From NCBI GenBank assembly GCA_012523215.1, contig JAAYIZ010000170.1, positions 165 through 64,164 of the forward strand: a stretch of 64,000 bases of DNA, read 5' to 3'. A program made the position numbers and the translations under genes. Each line of letters opens with the position of its first letter. Position 1 is the first letter of the stretch. The notes beneath the pieces were generated by a model, which was given only the letters and a program-made list of their open reading frames with translations, was not told the DNA's origin and searched no databases. Source of the DNA: Thermovirga sp. Its GTDB lineage: Bacteria > Synergistota > Synergistia > Synergistales > Thermovirgaceae. Shown here piece by piece: positions 47,033-56,501 of the stretch.

Positions 47033-47911
47033 TCACTCCTCGGGGATGCAGGGTGTTCTATGTCCCCATTGGAATTTTTCCTGCAGAAGGGTAAAGAATT
47101 CGTTCTCCGGGAGGGTGATGATCCCGATCTTCCTGTCCTGGTCGAGGGAAATGGAGATGCGATCCCCGGGAAGCAGTTCGTACCCCAATTGACCGTCCTG
47201 GGTCAGCATGATTTCCCTGTGCTGCCCTGCCGGGGTAATGGTCACGGTGTCGGATTCGCTGAGCACGATCGGCCTCGAATAGAGCGTGTGGGCGCATATC
47301 GGGGTAAGGATCATGCAGGACAGGTGGGGGGGTACAATGGGTCCTCCGGCGGAAAGGGAATAGGCCGTAGATCCCGTGGGGGTCGAGATGATTATTCCGT
47401 CGGCGTGCAGGATGCTTAGCGCTCTCCCACTGACCGCTATATCAAGGGCGATCACCCTCGCGAAGGGGCCCTTGGTCACAACGAGATCGTTAAGGGCGTA
47501 CACTTCGTGCTTGTGCCTTTTTCCCCTGGAGACGACACCGTGCAGAAGGGGCCTGTGGTTTATTGAGTACTCCCCCGCCATGATCTTCTCCAGGTCCTTT
47601 TCCGCGTTTTCTATCTTGCCACAGGATAAAAAACCGAGACGGCCGACGTTGATCCCGTAGAGGGGGATCTCGTAACCTATAACGTAACGGGCCGCCCGGA
47701 GGAATGTGCCGTCGCCTCCGAGGACGATGGCCGCGTGGACCCTCTCTTTCCATTCTTGGTCCGAGGTTTCCTGTTCTCCGAGGACATGGGACTCGTGGGG
47801 AGGGAGGGCAAAAGTTACGTTGCGCCTTCTGCCCCACCGAAGGATGCTCTCGGCCAGGGTAAGGGCCGTGCGCTTCTGGGTATTTACCAAAAGTCCCAGG
47901 GTTTCTATCAT
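47033..47911 (-). CDS. nadK: NAD kinase
   Basis: VLGGDGTFLRA and NVGRLGFLS motifs. STPTGSTAYSLSAGGP. Confidence 0.94.
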   Translation of the reverse strand: MIETLGLLVNTQKRTALTLAESILRWGRRRNVTFALPPHESHVLGEQETSDQEWKERVHAAIVLGGDGTFLRAARYVIGYEIPLYGINVGRLGFLSCGKIENAEKDLEKIMAGEYSINHRPLLHGVVSRGKRHKHEVYALNDLVVTKGPFARVIALDIAVSGRALSILHADGIIISTPTGSTAYSLSAGGPIVPPHLSCMILTPICAHTLYSRPIVLSESDTVTITPAGQHREIMLTQDGQLGYELLPGDRISISLDQDRKIGIITLPENEFFTLLQEKFQWGHRTPCIPEE

Positions 47912-48768
47912 TATAAATTTCCTCCTCCTGAAACCTTTTTATCCCTGCCTTCTACAAGTTCGCGGTGCGCCTTTTCCACCAGGTCCTCGAGGTAGAAGTT
48001 GTCGAGGCTGGTCAGGGGGATCCCCTCTTTCCTGAGGTGGAACAGGAACTCAATATTTCCGCTGGGTCCTAGTATGGGAGAAAAGTCGGCGCCCATCAAG
48101 ACCATCTCTTCCATGCCGAAGATGTCATTCTTTAAGGATAGCAGGACGTCCCTGTGAATCGCTCTATCCCTTATGACTCCCTTCTTGCCCGCCGCGCCTT
48201 TGCCGGCCTCGAACTGGGGCTTGATCAGTACGATGCAATCGCCTTTCGGCGACAGCAATCTTTCCACGGCCGGCAAGATCTTGGTGACGGAGATGAAAGA
48301 GACGTCCATGGTAGCTAACTCGGGAACGTCTTCCAGGTCGCCGGGTTTGAGGTACCTGGCGTTGGTCCTTTCCATGACGACCACCCTATCGTCCTTTCGC
48401 AGACGCCATGCCAGCTGTCCGTAGCCGACATCGACGCAATACACCCTTTTCGCCCCGCGATCCAGGAGCACATCGGTGAACCCCCCTGATGAGGCCCCGA
48501 TATCCAGGCATGATTTCCCCTTGGGGTCTATGTGAAAGACGTCCAGGGCCTTTAGGAGCTTGTGAGCCCCCCGGCTGACCCACTTTAATTTTCCGTCTAT
48601 TTCGATGAGGGAGTCGGGGGATACTTTTGTACCGGGCTTGAGGACCTTCTCCCCGTTCACCCTGACCATCCCTGCCAATAGAAGGGACTGGGCCCGGTTC
48701 CTGCTCTCCACGATTCCCCTCCTGACCATCTCCTGGTCCAGCCTTTCATCTTTTCTTGAAGATTTCAT
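47911..48768 (-). CDS. tlyA: TlyA-family rRNA 2'-O-methyltransferase (S4 + FtsJ domains)
   Basis: N-terminal S4 domain (RLDQEMVRRGIVESRNRAQSLLLAGMVRVNGE) and the SAM motif CLDIGASSGGFTD. Confidence 0.88.
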   Translation of the reverse strand: MKSSRKDERLDQEMVRRGIVESRNRAQSLLLAGMVRVNGEKVLKPGTKVSPDSLIEIDGKLKWVSRGAHKLLKALDVFHIDPKGKSCLDIGASSGGFTDVLLDRGAKRVYCVDVGYGQLAWRLRKDDRVVVMERTNARYLKPGDLEDVPELATMDVSFISVTKILPAVERLLSPKGDCIVLIKPQFEAGKGAAGKKGVIRDRAIHRDVLLSLKNDIFGMEEMVLMGADFSPILGPSGNIEFLFHLRKEGIPLTSLDNFYLEDLVEKAHRELVEGRDKKVSGGGNL

Positions 48769-50605
48769 GAACTTTTAGCACCTCTTCAGGGACAAGGCCG
48801 CAATGATCCCACAGTTCGCGGACCGTCCCATGGGGAATGAAGCGGTCGGGGATCCCCAGGCGTGATACGCTGGAGTTTATCCCCTCCCGGTTCGCCAGGG
48901 AAGAGATTTTCTCCCCGATGCCACCTTCGATATTTGCGTCTTCCAGCACAATGGCAAAGGGGTGTGAACCAAGAGCCTCCGTTATGGTGTCAATATCCAG
49001 GGGTTTCAAAAAGCGCAGATCATAGACGGAAGGCGGCTCCATGCCCCTTTTCCGGGCTTCCTCGTAGACCGAGACAGCGAGCGGAACCATCGCGCCATAG
49101 GAAAAAAGGCACCACCCGGTTCCTTCGAGGATCCTTTCAGCACGGCCCCATTCCTGCCGAGGGGAGCGTTCATCGCGGCCTATAGATGCCGGTGCGGCAC
49201 CCCTCGATACCCTGATCGCCAGGGGAGAACCGACCTTCAAGGCCTCCCCGTAGATCCATTTCAGGTCCACCCTGTCCCGAGGGGCCATTACGCCCAGGTT
49301 TGGGACCGCTCTCGTCCAGGGAAGATCCAGGACTCCGTGGTGAGTCTCGCCATCTTCGCCGACCAGCCCCGCGCGGTCTATGGCCAGGATGACGGGGAGG
49401 TTCTGCATGCAGATGTCATGGACCAGTTGATCCATGGCCCTCTGCAGGAAGGTGGAGTATATGGAGACCACGGGCAAAAGCCCTGCCATGGCCATTCCCG
49501 CGGCGAAGGTCAGCAGGTGGCCCTCGGCGATCCCCACATCGAAAAAACGATCCGGGTATTTTTCGGAGAAGCGGCTCAGCTTGCTGCCTTCCTTCATGGC
49601 CGCTGTGAGGAGGACCACCCTCGGGTCCGAGTCGGCCAGCTCCTCGATGCACGCAGCCGAGGCTTCGCTCCAGCTTTCATGGGAAGCCCGGACCGGAATC
49701 CGGTTTGAAAGACCCGGTGATACACCGTGATATTTTTCCGAGTCCTCCTCGGCGGGTTTGAAACCCTTTCCTTTCGTGGATAAAAGGTGCACCAGGAGCG
49801 GGTATCCATAACCTTTTGCCATGGTAAAGATCTTTTCCATTTCCTGGATATCGTGGCCGTCAAAGGGTCCCCAGTAGCTTATGCCCAGGTCCTCGAAAAT
49901 GTTGGGCGGAAGTAGGAATCGCTTGATGGTCTGCTTGAACCTATCAAGCAGGAATTCAAGTTTTTTCCCCTCGGGGACCTTGTGGCAGAAGTACTTGAGG
50001 AACCTTTTGAACTGCCTGTACATGGGGTTCACGCTTAAAGCAGCGAGGTGGCTTGCCATCCCCCCAACCCTTTTGCTAATGGACATCTGGTTGTCGTTCA
50101 GGATGAAAATGACGGGCGTGTCGAGTTCATGGACGTGGTTGAGGGCCTCGAGGGCGAGTCCGTTGATAAGGGAACCGTCACCGATTACCGCCACCACGTG
50201 GTGGTTCTGGTCCAGGAGGTCCCTCGCCTTCGCCTGTCCCAGCGCGGCGGAAAGTGATTTACTGCTGTGTCCCCCATTGAAGTGGTCGAAGGGGCTTTCC
50301 TTCGGGTCGGGAAAACCCGATATTCCCTTCCACTTGCGGAGCGTTTCAAACCGCTCCTTCCTGCCGGTGAGAATCTTGTAAGCGTAGGCCTGGTGCCCAA
50401 CGTCGAATATAATCCTGTCCTTCGAGGGATCGAAGGCCCTGAGAAGAGCGATATTGAGCTCGACGGCCCCCAGCGAGGACGCGAGATGTCCGCCGTTGGT
50501 CTCGACCGTTTTTATGATCATCTCCCTGATTTCTTGCGCCAGGTGATCCAGTTCGGGGTAGTCGAGGTCCTTCAAGTCCCTGTAGTCCACCAGTGATTTC
50601 AACAA
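48746..50605 (-). CDS. dxs: 1-deoxy-D-xylulose-5-phosphate synthase
   Basis: GGHLASSLG, the TPP motif GDGSLINGLALEALN, and pyrimidine-binding and C-terminal transketolase-like domains. TTG start. Confidence 0.97.
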   Translation of the reverse strand: MLKSLVDYRDLKDLDYPELDHLAQEIREMIIKTVETNGGHLASSLGAVELNIALLRAFDPSKDRIIFDVGHQAYAYKILTGRKERFETLRKWKGISGFPDPKESPFDHFNGGHSSKSLSAALGQAKARDLLDQNHHVVAVIGDGSLINGLALEALNHVHELDTPVIFILNDNQMSISKRVGGMASHLAALSVNPMYRQFKRFLKYFCHKVPEGKKLEFLLDRFKQTIKRFLLPPNIFEDLGISYWGPFDGHDIQEMEKIFTMAKGYGYPLLVHLLSTKGKGFKPAEEDSEKYHGVSPGLSNRIPVRASHESWSEASAACIEELADSDPRVVLLTAAMKEGSKLSRFSEKYPDRFFDVGIAEGHLLTFAAGMAMAGLLPVVSIYSTFLQRAMDQLVHDICMQNLPVILAIDRAGLVGEDGETHHGVLDLPWTRAVPNLGVMAPRDRVDLKWIYGEALKVGSPLAIRVSRGAAPASIGRDERSPRQEWGRAERILEGTGWCLFSYGAMVPLAVSVYEEARKRGMEPPSVYDLRFLKPLDIDTITEALGSHPFAIVLEDANIEGGIGEKISSLANREGINSSVSRLGIPDRFIPHGTVRELWDHCGLVPEEVLKVHEIFKKR

Positions 50606-50641
50606 TTCCTTCTTCCCTCTTGACCGTCTCAGAAAAAGGTG

Positions 50642-51577
50642 CTAGCGGTCTCTTTCCGCAAGGATCTCGATAAATCTTCCCAAAGCGGCCACGTCTCTAT
50701 CGATAGCTGAAAGGGCTTTTTGAGCCTTGGCTATTTCCAGCCTGGCCAGCCTTCTTGCCTCTTCGAGGCCGAAAACGCTCACAAAGGTGACCTTCCCCTG
50801 GTCGTCGTCCTTTCCGGGTGTTTTCCCGGTCTTCAAGGCATCGCCCGTGACATCGATAATGTCGTCCACTATTTGGAAAGCCATACCCAGGTGGTTCCCA
50901 AAACCGGCGAAGAGAGACCTCTCGTGCTGGCTGGCACCACCGAGGATCACCCCTGTCTGGAGGCAGGCGCTCAGAAGGACGGCCGTCTTGGACCTCGCGA
51001 CGATCCAGGGGTGGTCCTGCTCTGGACTGGCGCTCAATGGATCCGTATCGAGGACCTGGCCGCCGCATATTCCGAAGGGCCCCGTGGCATCGAGAAGCAC
51101 GCCCAACGCTTCCAGGATGAAAAGGTGAAGGAAGGCTCCTCCTGCCAGGAGCCCTCCACGGGCGTATTCAAAGGCCCAGACGAAGAGAGCATCCCCTGCC
51201 AATAGCGCCAGGGGTTCGCCGAAAACCGCGTGATTTGATGGTTTCCCCCTCCTCAGGGCGGCATTGTCCATCTCGGGGAGATCGTCGTGGATGAGGGAGG
51301 CGGTATGGACCATTTCGCAAGCCAACGCCATCGGGAGAAGATCCACCCGGGAGGCTCCGCAGGCTTCTCCGGCCAGGATGCAAAGCAGGGGCCTGATTCT
51401 TTTCCCTCCCGCCATAAGCGAGTAGGTCATAGAATCCCACAACCTGCGGGGAATGCCGTCGGGCTTCTCTTCACAAAGGTCGACAAGGGCTTTTTCTATG
51501 AACAACCTGCCTTCGGTGATTTTGTCGTCAAGGTTTTCTATTTCGGAAGGCGGTTTAATCGGCATCGGCCGGTTCAT
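50642..51577 (-). CDS. ispA: (E)-polyprenyl diphosphate synthase (farnesyl/geranylgeranyl diphosphate synthase)
   Basis: First and second Asp-rich motifs LIHDDLPEMDN and FQIVDDIID. The start is ATG 51577 or ATG 51565. Both overlap the xseB 3' end. Confidence 0.9.
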   Translation of the reverse strand: MNRPMPIKPPSEIENLDDKITEGRLFIEKALVDLCEEKPDGIPRRLWDSMTYSLMAGGKRIRPLLCILAGEACGASRVDLLPMALACEMVHTASLIHDDLPEMDNAALRRGKPSNHAVFGEPLALLAGDALFVWAFEYARGGLLAGGAFLHLFILEALGVLLDATGPFGICGGQVLDTDPLSASPEQDHPWIVARSKTAVLLSACLQTGVILGGASQHERSLFAGFGNHLGMAFQIVDDIIDVTGDALKTGKTPGKDDDQGKVTFVSVFGLEEARRLARLEIAKAQKALSAIDRDVAALGRFIEILAERDR

Positions 51578-51794
51578 CCTCGGAAAGGGGATCCCACTCC
51601 CTCCCCTCCCCCTCTTCTTGATCAGCCGCGAGAAGAGTGATCTTCTGTTGGGCCTCTTCCAGGTACTTTCTGCAGGAATTGACGATACGGACTCCTCTTT
51701 CGATTAGCTCCAGGGAATCCTCGAGTGGAATTTGACCCGAATCCAGTCTTGCCACGATCTCCTGAAGCTCGGCCATGTCTTTCGTGAAGGACAT
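51555..51794 (-). CDS. xseB: Exodeoxyribonuclease VII small subunit
   Basis: 79 aa from ATG 51794 (AGGAG 9 nt upstream). FTKDMAELQEIVARLDSGQIPLEDSLELIERG matches the XseB helical hairpin. The acidic tail is unusually long. Confidence 0.86.
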   Translation of the reverse strand: MSFTKDMAELQEIVARLDSGQIPLEDSLELIERGVRIVNSCRKYLEEAQQKITLLAADQEEGEGREWDPLSEDEPADAD

Positions 51795-51860
51795 CGCAAG
51801 ATCACTCCTTTCGGAAGGGATTCTCCCTGAACGGGACAATGATACAATGAAACATCATTC

Positions 51861-51890
51861 TTGCGCTCCCCGATCCAACCATGGTACAAT
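51861..51890 (+). promoter_or_regulatory. Candidate sigma-70 promoter for rpmB
   Basis: TTGCGC (51861-51866), an 18-nt spacer, then TGgTACAAT (-10 at 51885-51890). A second TGaTACAAT lies 42 bp upstream (51840-51848). Confidence 0.4.
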
Positions 51891-51931
51891 GTTCGCCGTT
51901 TGCGCGACGTGCTGGGACAGGAGGAATGAAA

Positions 51932-52126
51932 ATGGCCAATTTCTGCGATTGTTGCGGAAGAGGCCGGGGAACCGGCAACAAGGTCAGTCACTCAAATCGT
52001 CACTCCAGGAGGACCTGGGGGATCAACCTTCAGACCGTAAAGGTCGACCTCGGCGGTGACGAATCGCGGAGGATGAAGATCTGTACCAAGTGCCTCCGCT
52101 CGGGAAGGGTCAGAAGGGCTGTCTAG
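51932..52126 (+). CDS. rpmB: 50S ribosomal protein L28 (zinc-ribbon C+ form)
   Basis: MANFCDCCGRGRGTGNKVSHSNRHSRRTW.INLQ...ICTKCLRSGRV. It has the L28 signature GNxVSHSN and two Cys pairs. GGAGG lies 7 nt before ATG 51932. Confidence 0.93.
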   Translation: MANFCDCCGRGRGTGNKVSHSNRHSRRTWGINLQTVKVDLGGDESRRMKICTKCLRSGRVRRAV

Positions 52127-52887
52127 GTACGGCCCTTCTGCTCGCAACCGGCAAATTTCGGAGTCGCCCAATAGACGCCGAGCCAACCCGAGGTAAGACT
52201 CACCAGCACGGCATTCCCGGCGATATTGCTTATCGCGAAGGGTTTCCTCAGGAAAAGGTCCCCCTCCCCGATCTGCCATTTTGTACCTGTCATCCTGATT
52301 CCATGGCATTTTTCAGAGAGCGCCAGCGTTGAGAACACGCCCCCTCGTTCCAGTCCGGAAAGGCGAAGCGATTCCCCGCCTTTAAGGATGAAGAAGGCTT
52401 CCGATTCGTCGGCCATGCAACGCACCTTCATCCCCCATTCCTCTTCCGCCCAGATAAGGGAATAAATGTTGGCGAAGAGGTGATCGAACCGTCCTCCGAA
52501 AGATCCCGTCAGTATGGCTGAACATTTCGTGGTTTCGGAAGGGTCTCTCCATGCTCCTCCCGCCTCCTTCAGAGCCAACTGCAGATCGGTAAGATCCTTT
52601 TCGGGCGAGAAAAGGAGGGAAGGAATCCCTTTGAACAGGGACCATTGCCTGGCCTCCTTCGAGACGCTGTCGCCGTCGCCGATGAAAAGGGAGGGCGTTA
52701 TGCCGGCCTCCATGCAACTGTCGAGCCCGCGGTCCACCGCCCATACATCCCTGTCCTTGCAAAGTTCATTCATCCAGGAGGACTCGGACAACCTGCCTCC
52801 TGCAACGATCACCATCGAAGGAGGTGCAAAGGGGGGCTCATAAAGGGCCTCGAGTTGGGGAAGAGAAAAGTATCCCATCCGATCCAT
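52123..52887 (-). CDS. Thiamine pyrophosphokinase
   Basis: GDGDS, KDLTDLQLAL and GGRFDHLFANI motifs, followed by a C-terminal thiamine-binding beta domain. Confidence 0.85.
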   Translation of the reverse strand: MDRMGYFSLPQLEALYEPPFAPPSMVIVAGGRLSESSWMNELCKDRDVWAVDRGLDSCMEAGITPSLFIGDGDSVSKEARQWSLFKGIPSLLFSPEKDLTDLQLALKEAGGAWRDPSETTKCSAILTGSFGGRFDHLFANIYSLIWAEEEWGMKVRCMADESEAFFILKGGESLRLSGLERGGVFSTLALSEKCHGIRMTGTKWQIGEGDLFLRKPFAISNIAGNAVLVSLTSGWLGVYWATPKFAGCEQKGRT

Positions 52888-52893
52888 GCCCCG

Positions 52894-55110
52894 TCAAAGG
52901 TCCTTGATGCAGGCTTCGAGCATCTGCCTGGCTTCTTCCTCGTCGACGAGTATATCCCTCGGTTTCGATCCTTCCTGGGGACCCACTATGCCCACCTGTT
53001 CCAGGGTATCGATCAGCCTGGCCGCCCTGGTAAAGCCTACCCTCAACTGGCGCTGCAGCCTGCTGGCTGAGGCTATCCCGCTCTGCAGTATGAGGTCCAT
53101 GGCGTCCTGGAGGAGCGGGTCGTCAAGATGCGCCTTTCCTCCGTTTGTATCACCCGCGTTTTCCATATCGATGTCGAAAAAGACGGGGTCGCCGAATAGG
53201 GTCGAAAGATAATCCATGAAACGCACCATCACGGGTTCGTCCATCCAGGGAGACTGGATCCTGAGCGGTTTTGGAAGCCTGGGAGTGAGGAAGAGCATGT
53301 CGCCGCTGCCAAGGAGCCTTTCGGCGCCAGAAATGTCGATGATGGTCCTCGAGTCCGTCTGGGACGGGAGGGTAAAGGCCACCCTCGCGGGAATGTTGGC
53401 CTTGATGAGGCCGGTCACAACATTCACGGAGGGCCTCTGGGTGGCGATTATCAGGTGAATACCGGTAGCCCTCGCCATCTGGGCCAGCCTGCAGATGTAA
53501 TCCTCCACCTCCCGGGGAGACGTGAACATCAGGTCGGCGAGTTCGTCGATGACGATGATGATGTAGGGGAGCCTGTTCAGGGGAAGCGCCCTCGCGTTGA
53601 AGGTCCTGATGTTCCGGACCCTGGCCTGGGCAAATAATTCGTACCGCCTCTCCATCTCCCTGATCGTCCAACCCAGCGCGTGCACCGCCTGCCTGGACTC
53701 GACGACGGGCGGGGTTATGTTGTGGGGCAGCCGGTCAAAGATCTTCATCTCGACCCTCTTGGGGTCGATCAGCAAGAAACGGAGCTCCTCGGGCTTCTTG
53801 CGACAGGCCAGGGCGGCGATGCAGCATGAGACGAAAACGCTCTTCCCGGAGCCGGTCGTCCCGGCAATCAGCAGGTGGGGCATTTTTTCCAGGCCGATGG
53901 TCAGATGGCGGCCGTCTACGCCCACCCCGACTGGTATAGCGAGGTCACAGTCGGCCTCCTGGAAGGATGGATGATCCAGGACGGTCCTGATGTTCACCGG
54001 TTTCCTGTCGGGGTTCGGGACCTCGATGCCGATAAAAGTCTTACCAGGTATAGGCGCCTCGATCCTCAGGCTGGGAACGGCCAGGGAAACGGCCAGGTCG
54101 TTGGCAAGGCTTGAAACCCTGCTGACCTTGATACCCGGCGCGAGCTGGATCCTATACTGGATGACCGTGGGCCCTACCACCGTCTCGGCCAGTTCGGCCG
54201 CGATGCCGAATTCGTCCAGGGTTTCAATGATATTCTCGCCCTGTCCGGCGAGAAGCGACTTGTCGAGGTTGAAGGAAAAATCATCGGACGGGCCAAAGAT
54301 TTCCAGCGGAACCGGAAAAGAAAGGGCCTCTTCCGAAGGCACTTTCGAAAAGGCGCCGACCTGATCCGCGGGTGCCTCGTCCACGATGGTATCGGGGATA
54401 TCGATCTTTCCGGGGGGTGCAGTGGTGCGGGCCTCCGGCTTTTTTGATCCGGGTCTTGAGCCGGCTCGGCTTGTGCTCCTCGCCGGCTCCTCCGGTGCAG
54501 AGCCGGCCTTCGCGGCTTCATTTCGCTGCGGGGGCAGGAGAATATTACGGAAAGTCCGGAAGAGGCCGGAGAGGAAGGAAACAACCTTCATCATGCTTTT
54601 CCTGTTGATGATCCCGTAAAGCGTCAAAGCCGTCGCTATACCGCCGAATCCCCCCAGGACGGTACCGAGAGGGCCAACGCGCCTGAGAAGTACTCCGGCC
54701 ATAAAAGACCCGACCTCGCCGGGTCGTAGAAGCGCCATTGCCGGTTCAATGCCGCTGAGGGCGGAAAGACCGAGCAGAAGAGCGCAGCACAGGTAAAGAA
54801 CCAATGAGGCCATGGTCTGCCTCAAGGGGAGAGGTACGGGGTATCCGAAAATCCGGGAGGTCAGAAAATAAGCACCGAAGACGAGCAGGACGATAATTCC
54901 TCCGCCAAAAAGCTCCAGGGTCCAGAAATGGATAACCTGGCCAAATTCTCCGGTCCTGAAGAGGAAAAGGGTGGCCAGAAGGTACAAATCGACCAGCAGG
55001 AAGGTGAAAACGGCCATGGTCATCCATGGCTGCTTCCTGGTCTCCTTTCCATCCAGGCTTTTCGTATCGGCCTTGTCCCGGGCTTTGGGTTTTCTCCTGG
55101 TGACTTTCAT
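52894..55110 (-). CDS. ftsK: DNA translocase FtsK/SpoIIIE
   Basis: N-terminal 4-5 TM, a Pro/Ala-rich linker, a motor domain with Walker A GTTGSGKS and IVIDELADL, and a C-terminal gamma winged helix (ASASRLQRQLRVGFTRAARLID). Confidence 0.95.
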   Translation of the reverse strand: MKVTRRKPKARDKADTKSLDGKETRKQPWMTMAVFTFLLVDLYLLATLFLFRTGEFGQVIHFWTLELFGGGIIVLLVFGAYFLTSRIFGYPVPLPLRQTMASLVLYLCCALLLGLSALSGIEPAMALLRPGEVGSFMAGVLLRRVGPLGTVLGGFGGIATALTLYGIINRKSMMKVVSFLSGLFRTFRNILLPPQRNEAAKAGSAPEEPARSTSRAGSRPGSKKPEARTTAPPGKIDIPDTIVDEAPADQVGAFSKVPSEEALSFPVPLEIFGPSDDFSFNLDKSLLAGQGENIIETLDEFGIAAELAETVVGPTVIQYRIQLAPGIKVSRVSSLANDLAVSLAVPSLRIEAPIPGKTFIGIEVPNPDRKPVNIRTVLDHPSFQEADCDLAIPVGVGVDGRHLTIGLEKMPHLLIAGTTGSGKSVFVSCCIAALACRKKPEELRFLLIDPKRVEMKIFDRLPHNITPPVVESRQAVHALGWTIREMERRYELFAQARVRNIRTFNARALPLNRLPYIIIVIDELADLMFTSPREVEDYICRLAQMARATGIHLIIATQRPSVNVVTGLIKANIPARVAFTLPSQTDSRTIIDISGAERLLGSGDMLFLTPRLPKPLRIQSPWMDEPVMVRFMDYLSTLFGDPVFFDIDMENAGDTNGGKAHLDDPLLQDAMDLILQSGIASASRLQRQLRVGFTRAARLIDTLEQVGIVGPQEGSKPRDILVDEEEARQMLEACIKDL

Positions 55111-55111
55111 G

Positions 55112-56467
55112 TTAGGTTTCGCTGCCTCCCACTACCAATTTCCTGATACGTAACGTCGGCTGGCCATCGGTGACAGGGACCTGCTGCCCCGACTTCCCGC
55201 ATACTCCCGATTCAAAATGAAGATCATCTCCTACAGCGTCGATATCCCTTAAAACCTCCGGGCCGTTCCCGGTGAGGATCGCGTTCCTGACGGGGTATGA
55301 CCTTTTCCCCTTCTCGACAAGATATCCCTCGGTGACGTGAAACACGAAATCTCCCGATGTGGGGTTGACCTCGCCGCCTCCCATTTTCATCACCAGGAGT
55401 CCTCTCTCTACATCGGAAAGGATCTCCTCGGGGTTTCCGTCACCCTTCATTATAAAGGTATTGGACATCCTTGGGATTGGGGGGTGCCTGAAGGATGATC
55501 TTCTTCCGTTCCCCGTGAGCGGGAAATACCCCTGCCTCGAGGAGAGCAAATCCGTGAGGAAGGAGACAAGGACGCCGTTTTTAATAAGAACCGACCTCCT
55601 GGAAGGGGTCCCCTCATCGTCAAAGGGGTAACTCCCGTAAAGCCCGAAAAGGGTCGGATCATCGACAAGGGTGACCAGGGGCGATGCCACCTGCCTTTCC
55701 AGGGAACCCTTGAAGGAGGAATAGTCCTTGAGCACAATATCCGCTTCAAGGCTGTGACCACAGGCTTCATGAACCATGGTCCCGCCGGCGGTGCCGGCAA
55801 GAACGACGGGCATCACCGCTGCCGGGCAGGGTTTGGCCTCCGAGAGAAGCAGCGCTCTTCTGAAGGCTTCTCGGGCCATTTCTTCCAAATCTATGGTTCG
55901 GAGGAATTCGCCCTGGGGGAGGCTGAACGCCTTTGCCTCTCTCCCGGAGAAAAGGGAACCCTTGGACTCGACAACGACATTGACCGAGAATCGGGTGGAA
56001 AAGGCCGTTCTTCGGCACAAGGGGTTCGCACTCCCGGCGATGGCCACTTCCCTGGCCCCGCTACCCCACGCGAAAGAGACCTGCCGAACCATGGACGACA
56101 ATTTTCTCGTCCTCCTGTCCAGTTCGCGAATCCTGTCAAAGGGCACCTTTTCACCGATTTCAGGAAGAGGAAGAAGCGGCCTGTCCCCCTTTGGGAGGGG
56201 CTTACCTCCGGAAAGACCGGCGCGCCTTTTTCCATCGGCCAGGGAAGAGGCCACCGAAGACAGGTCGGACCCCGATGCGTGGGTGAAGCAGGTTCTGTCC
56301 CCCATCACCAATCGAATCCCCGAACCCTCGGTGAGGGTGGAGGTAATCTCCTCGAATTTCCCGTCGTCCATGAGGCAGAGCCTGGCTATACTCCTCTGGA
56401 TGAAGGCCTCTCCAAAGGAGGTCCCGGGCAGTGAGAGGGCGTCGGCAATATCAAACAGTCTGTCCAT
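55112..56467 (-). CDS. tldD: TldD-family metalloprotease
   Basis: HEACGH (HExxxH) motif and a Gly-rich C-terminal beta domain (GGGEVNPTSGDF). ATG 56467 is preceded by GGAGAA. The track ORF extends 85 codons further into an Arg/Pro-rich non-protein-like sequence. Confidence 0.88.
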   Translation of the reverse strand: MDRLFDIADALSLPGTSFGEAFIQRSIARLCLMDDGKFEEITSTLTEGSGIRLVMGDRTCFTHASGSDLSSVASSLADGKRRAGLSGGKPLPKGDRPLLPLPEIGEKVPFDRIRELDRRTRKLSSMVRQVSFAWGSGAREVAIAGSANPLCRRTAFSTRFSVNVVVESKGSLFSGREAKAFSLPQGEFLRTIDLEEMAREAFRRALLLSEAKPCPAAVMPVVLAGTAGGTMVHEACGHSLEADIVLKDYSSFKGSLERQVASPLVTLVDDPTLFGLYGSYPFDDEGTPSRRSVLIKNGVLVSFLTDLLSSRQGYFPLTGNGRRSSFRHPPIPRMSNTFIMKGDGNPEEILSDVERGLLVMKMGGGEVNPTSGDFVFHVTEGYLVEKGKRSYPVRNAILTGNGPEVLRDIDAVGDDLHFESGVCGKSGQQVPVTDGQPTLRIRKLVVGGSET

Positions 56468-56501
56468 TTCTCCGGGGGGCCTCCTTCTGGCTCTCGACGG
56501 T

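Noticed and set aside
47096-47105. GAATTCGTTC upstream of recN, considered as a LexA/SOS box.
   Set aside because: It does not fit GAAC-N4-GTTC spacing and lies inside the nadK coding sequence. recN appears simply co-transcribed with nadK (4-nt gap).
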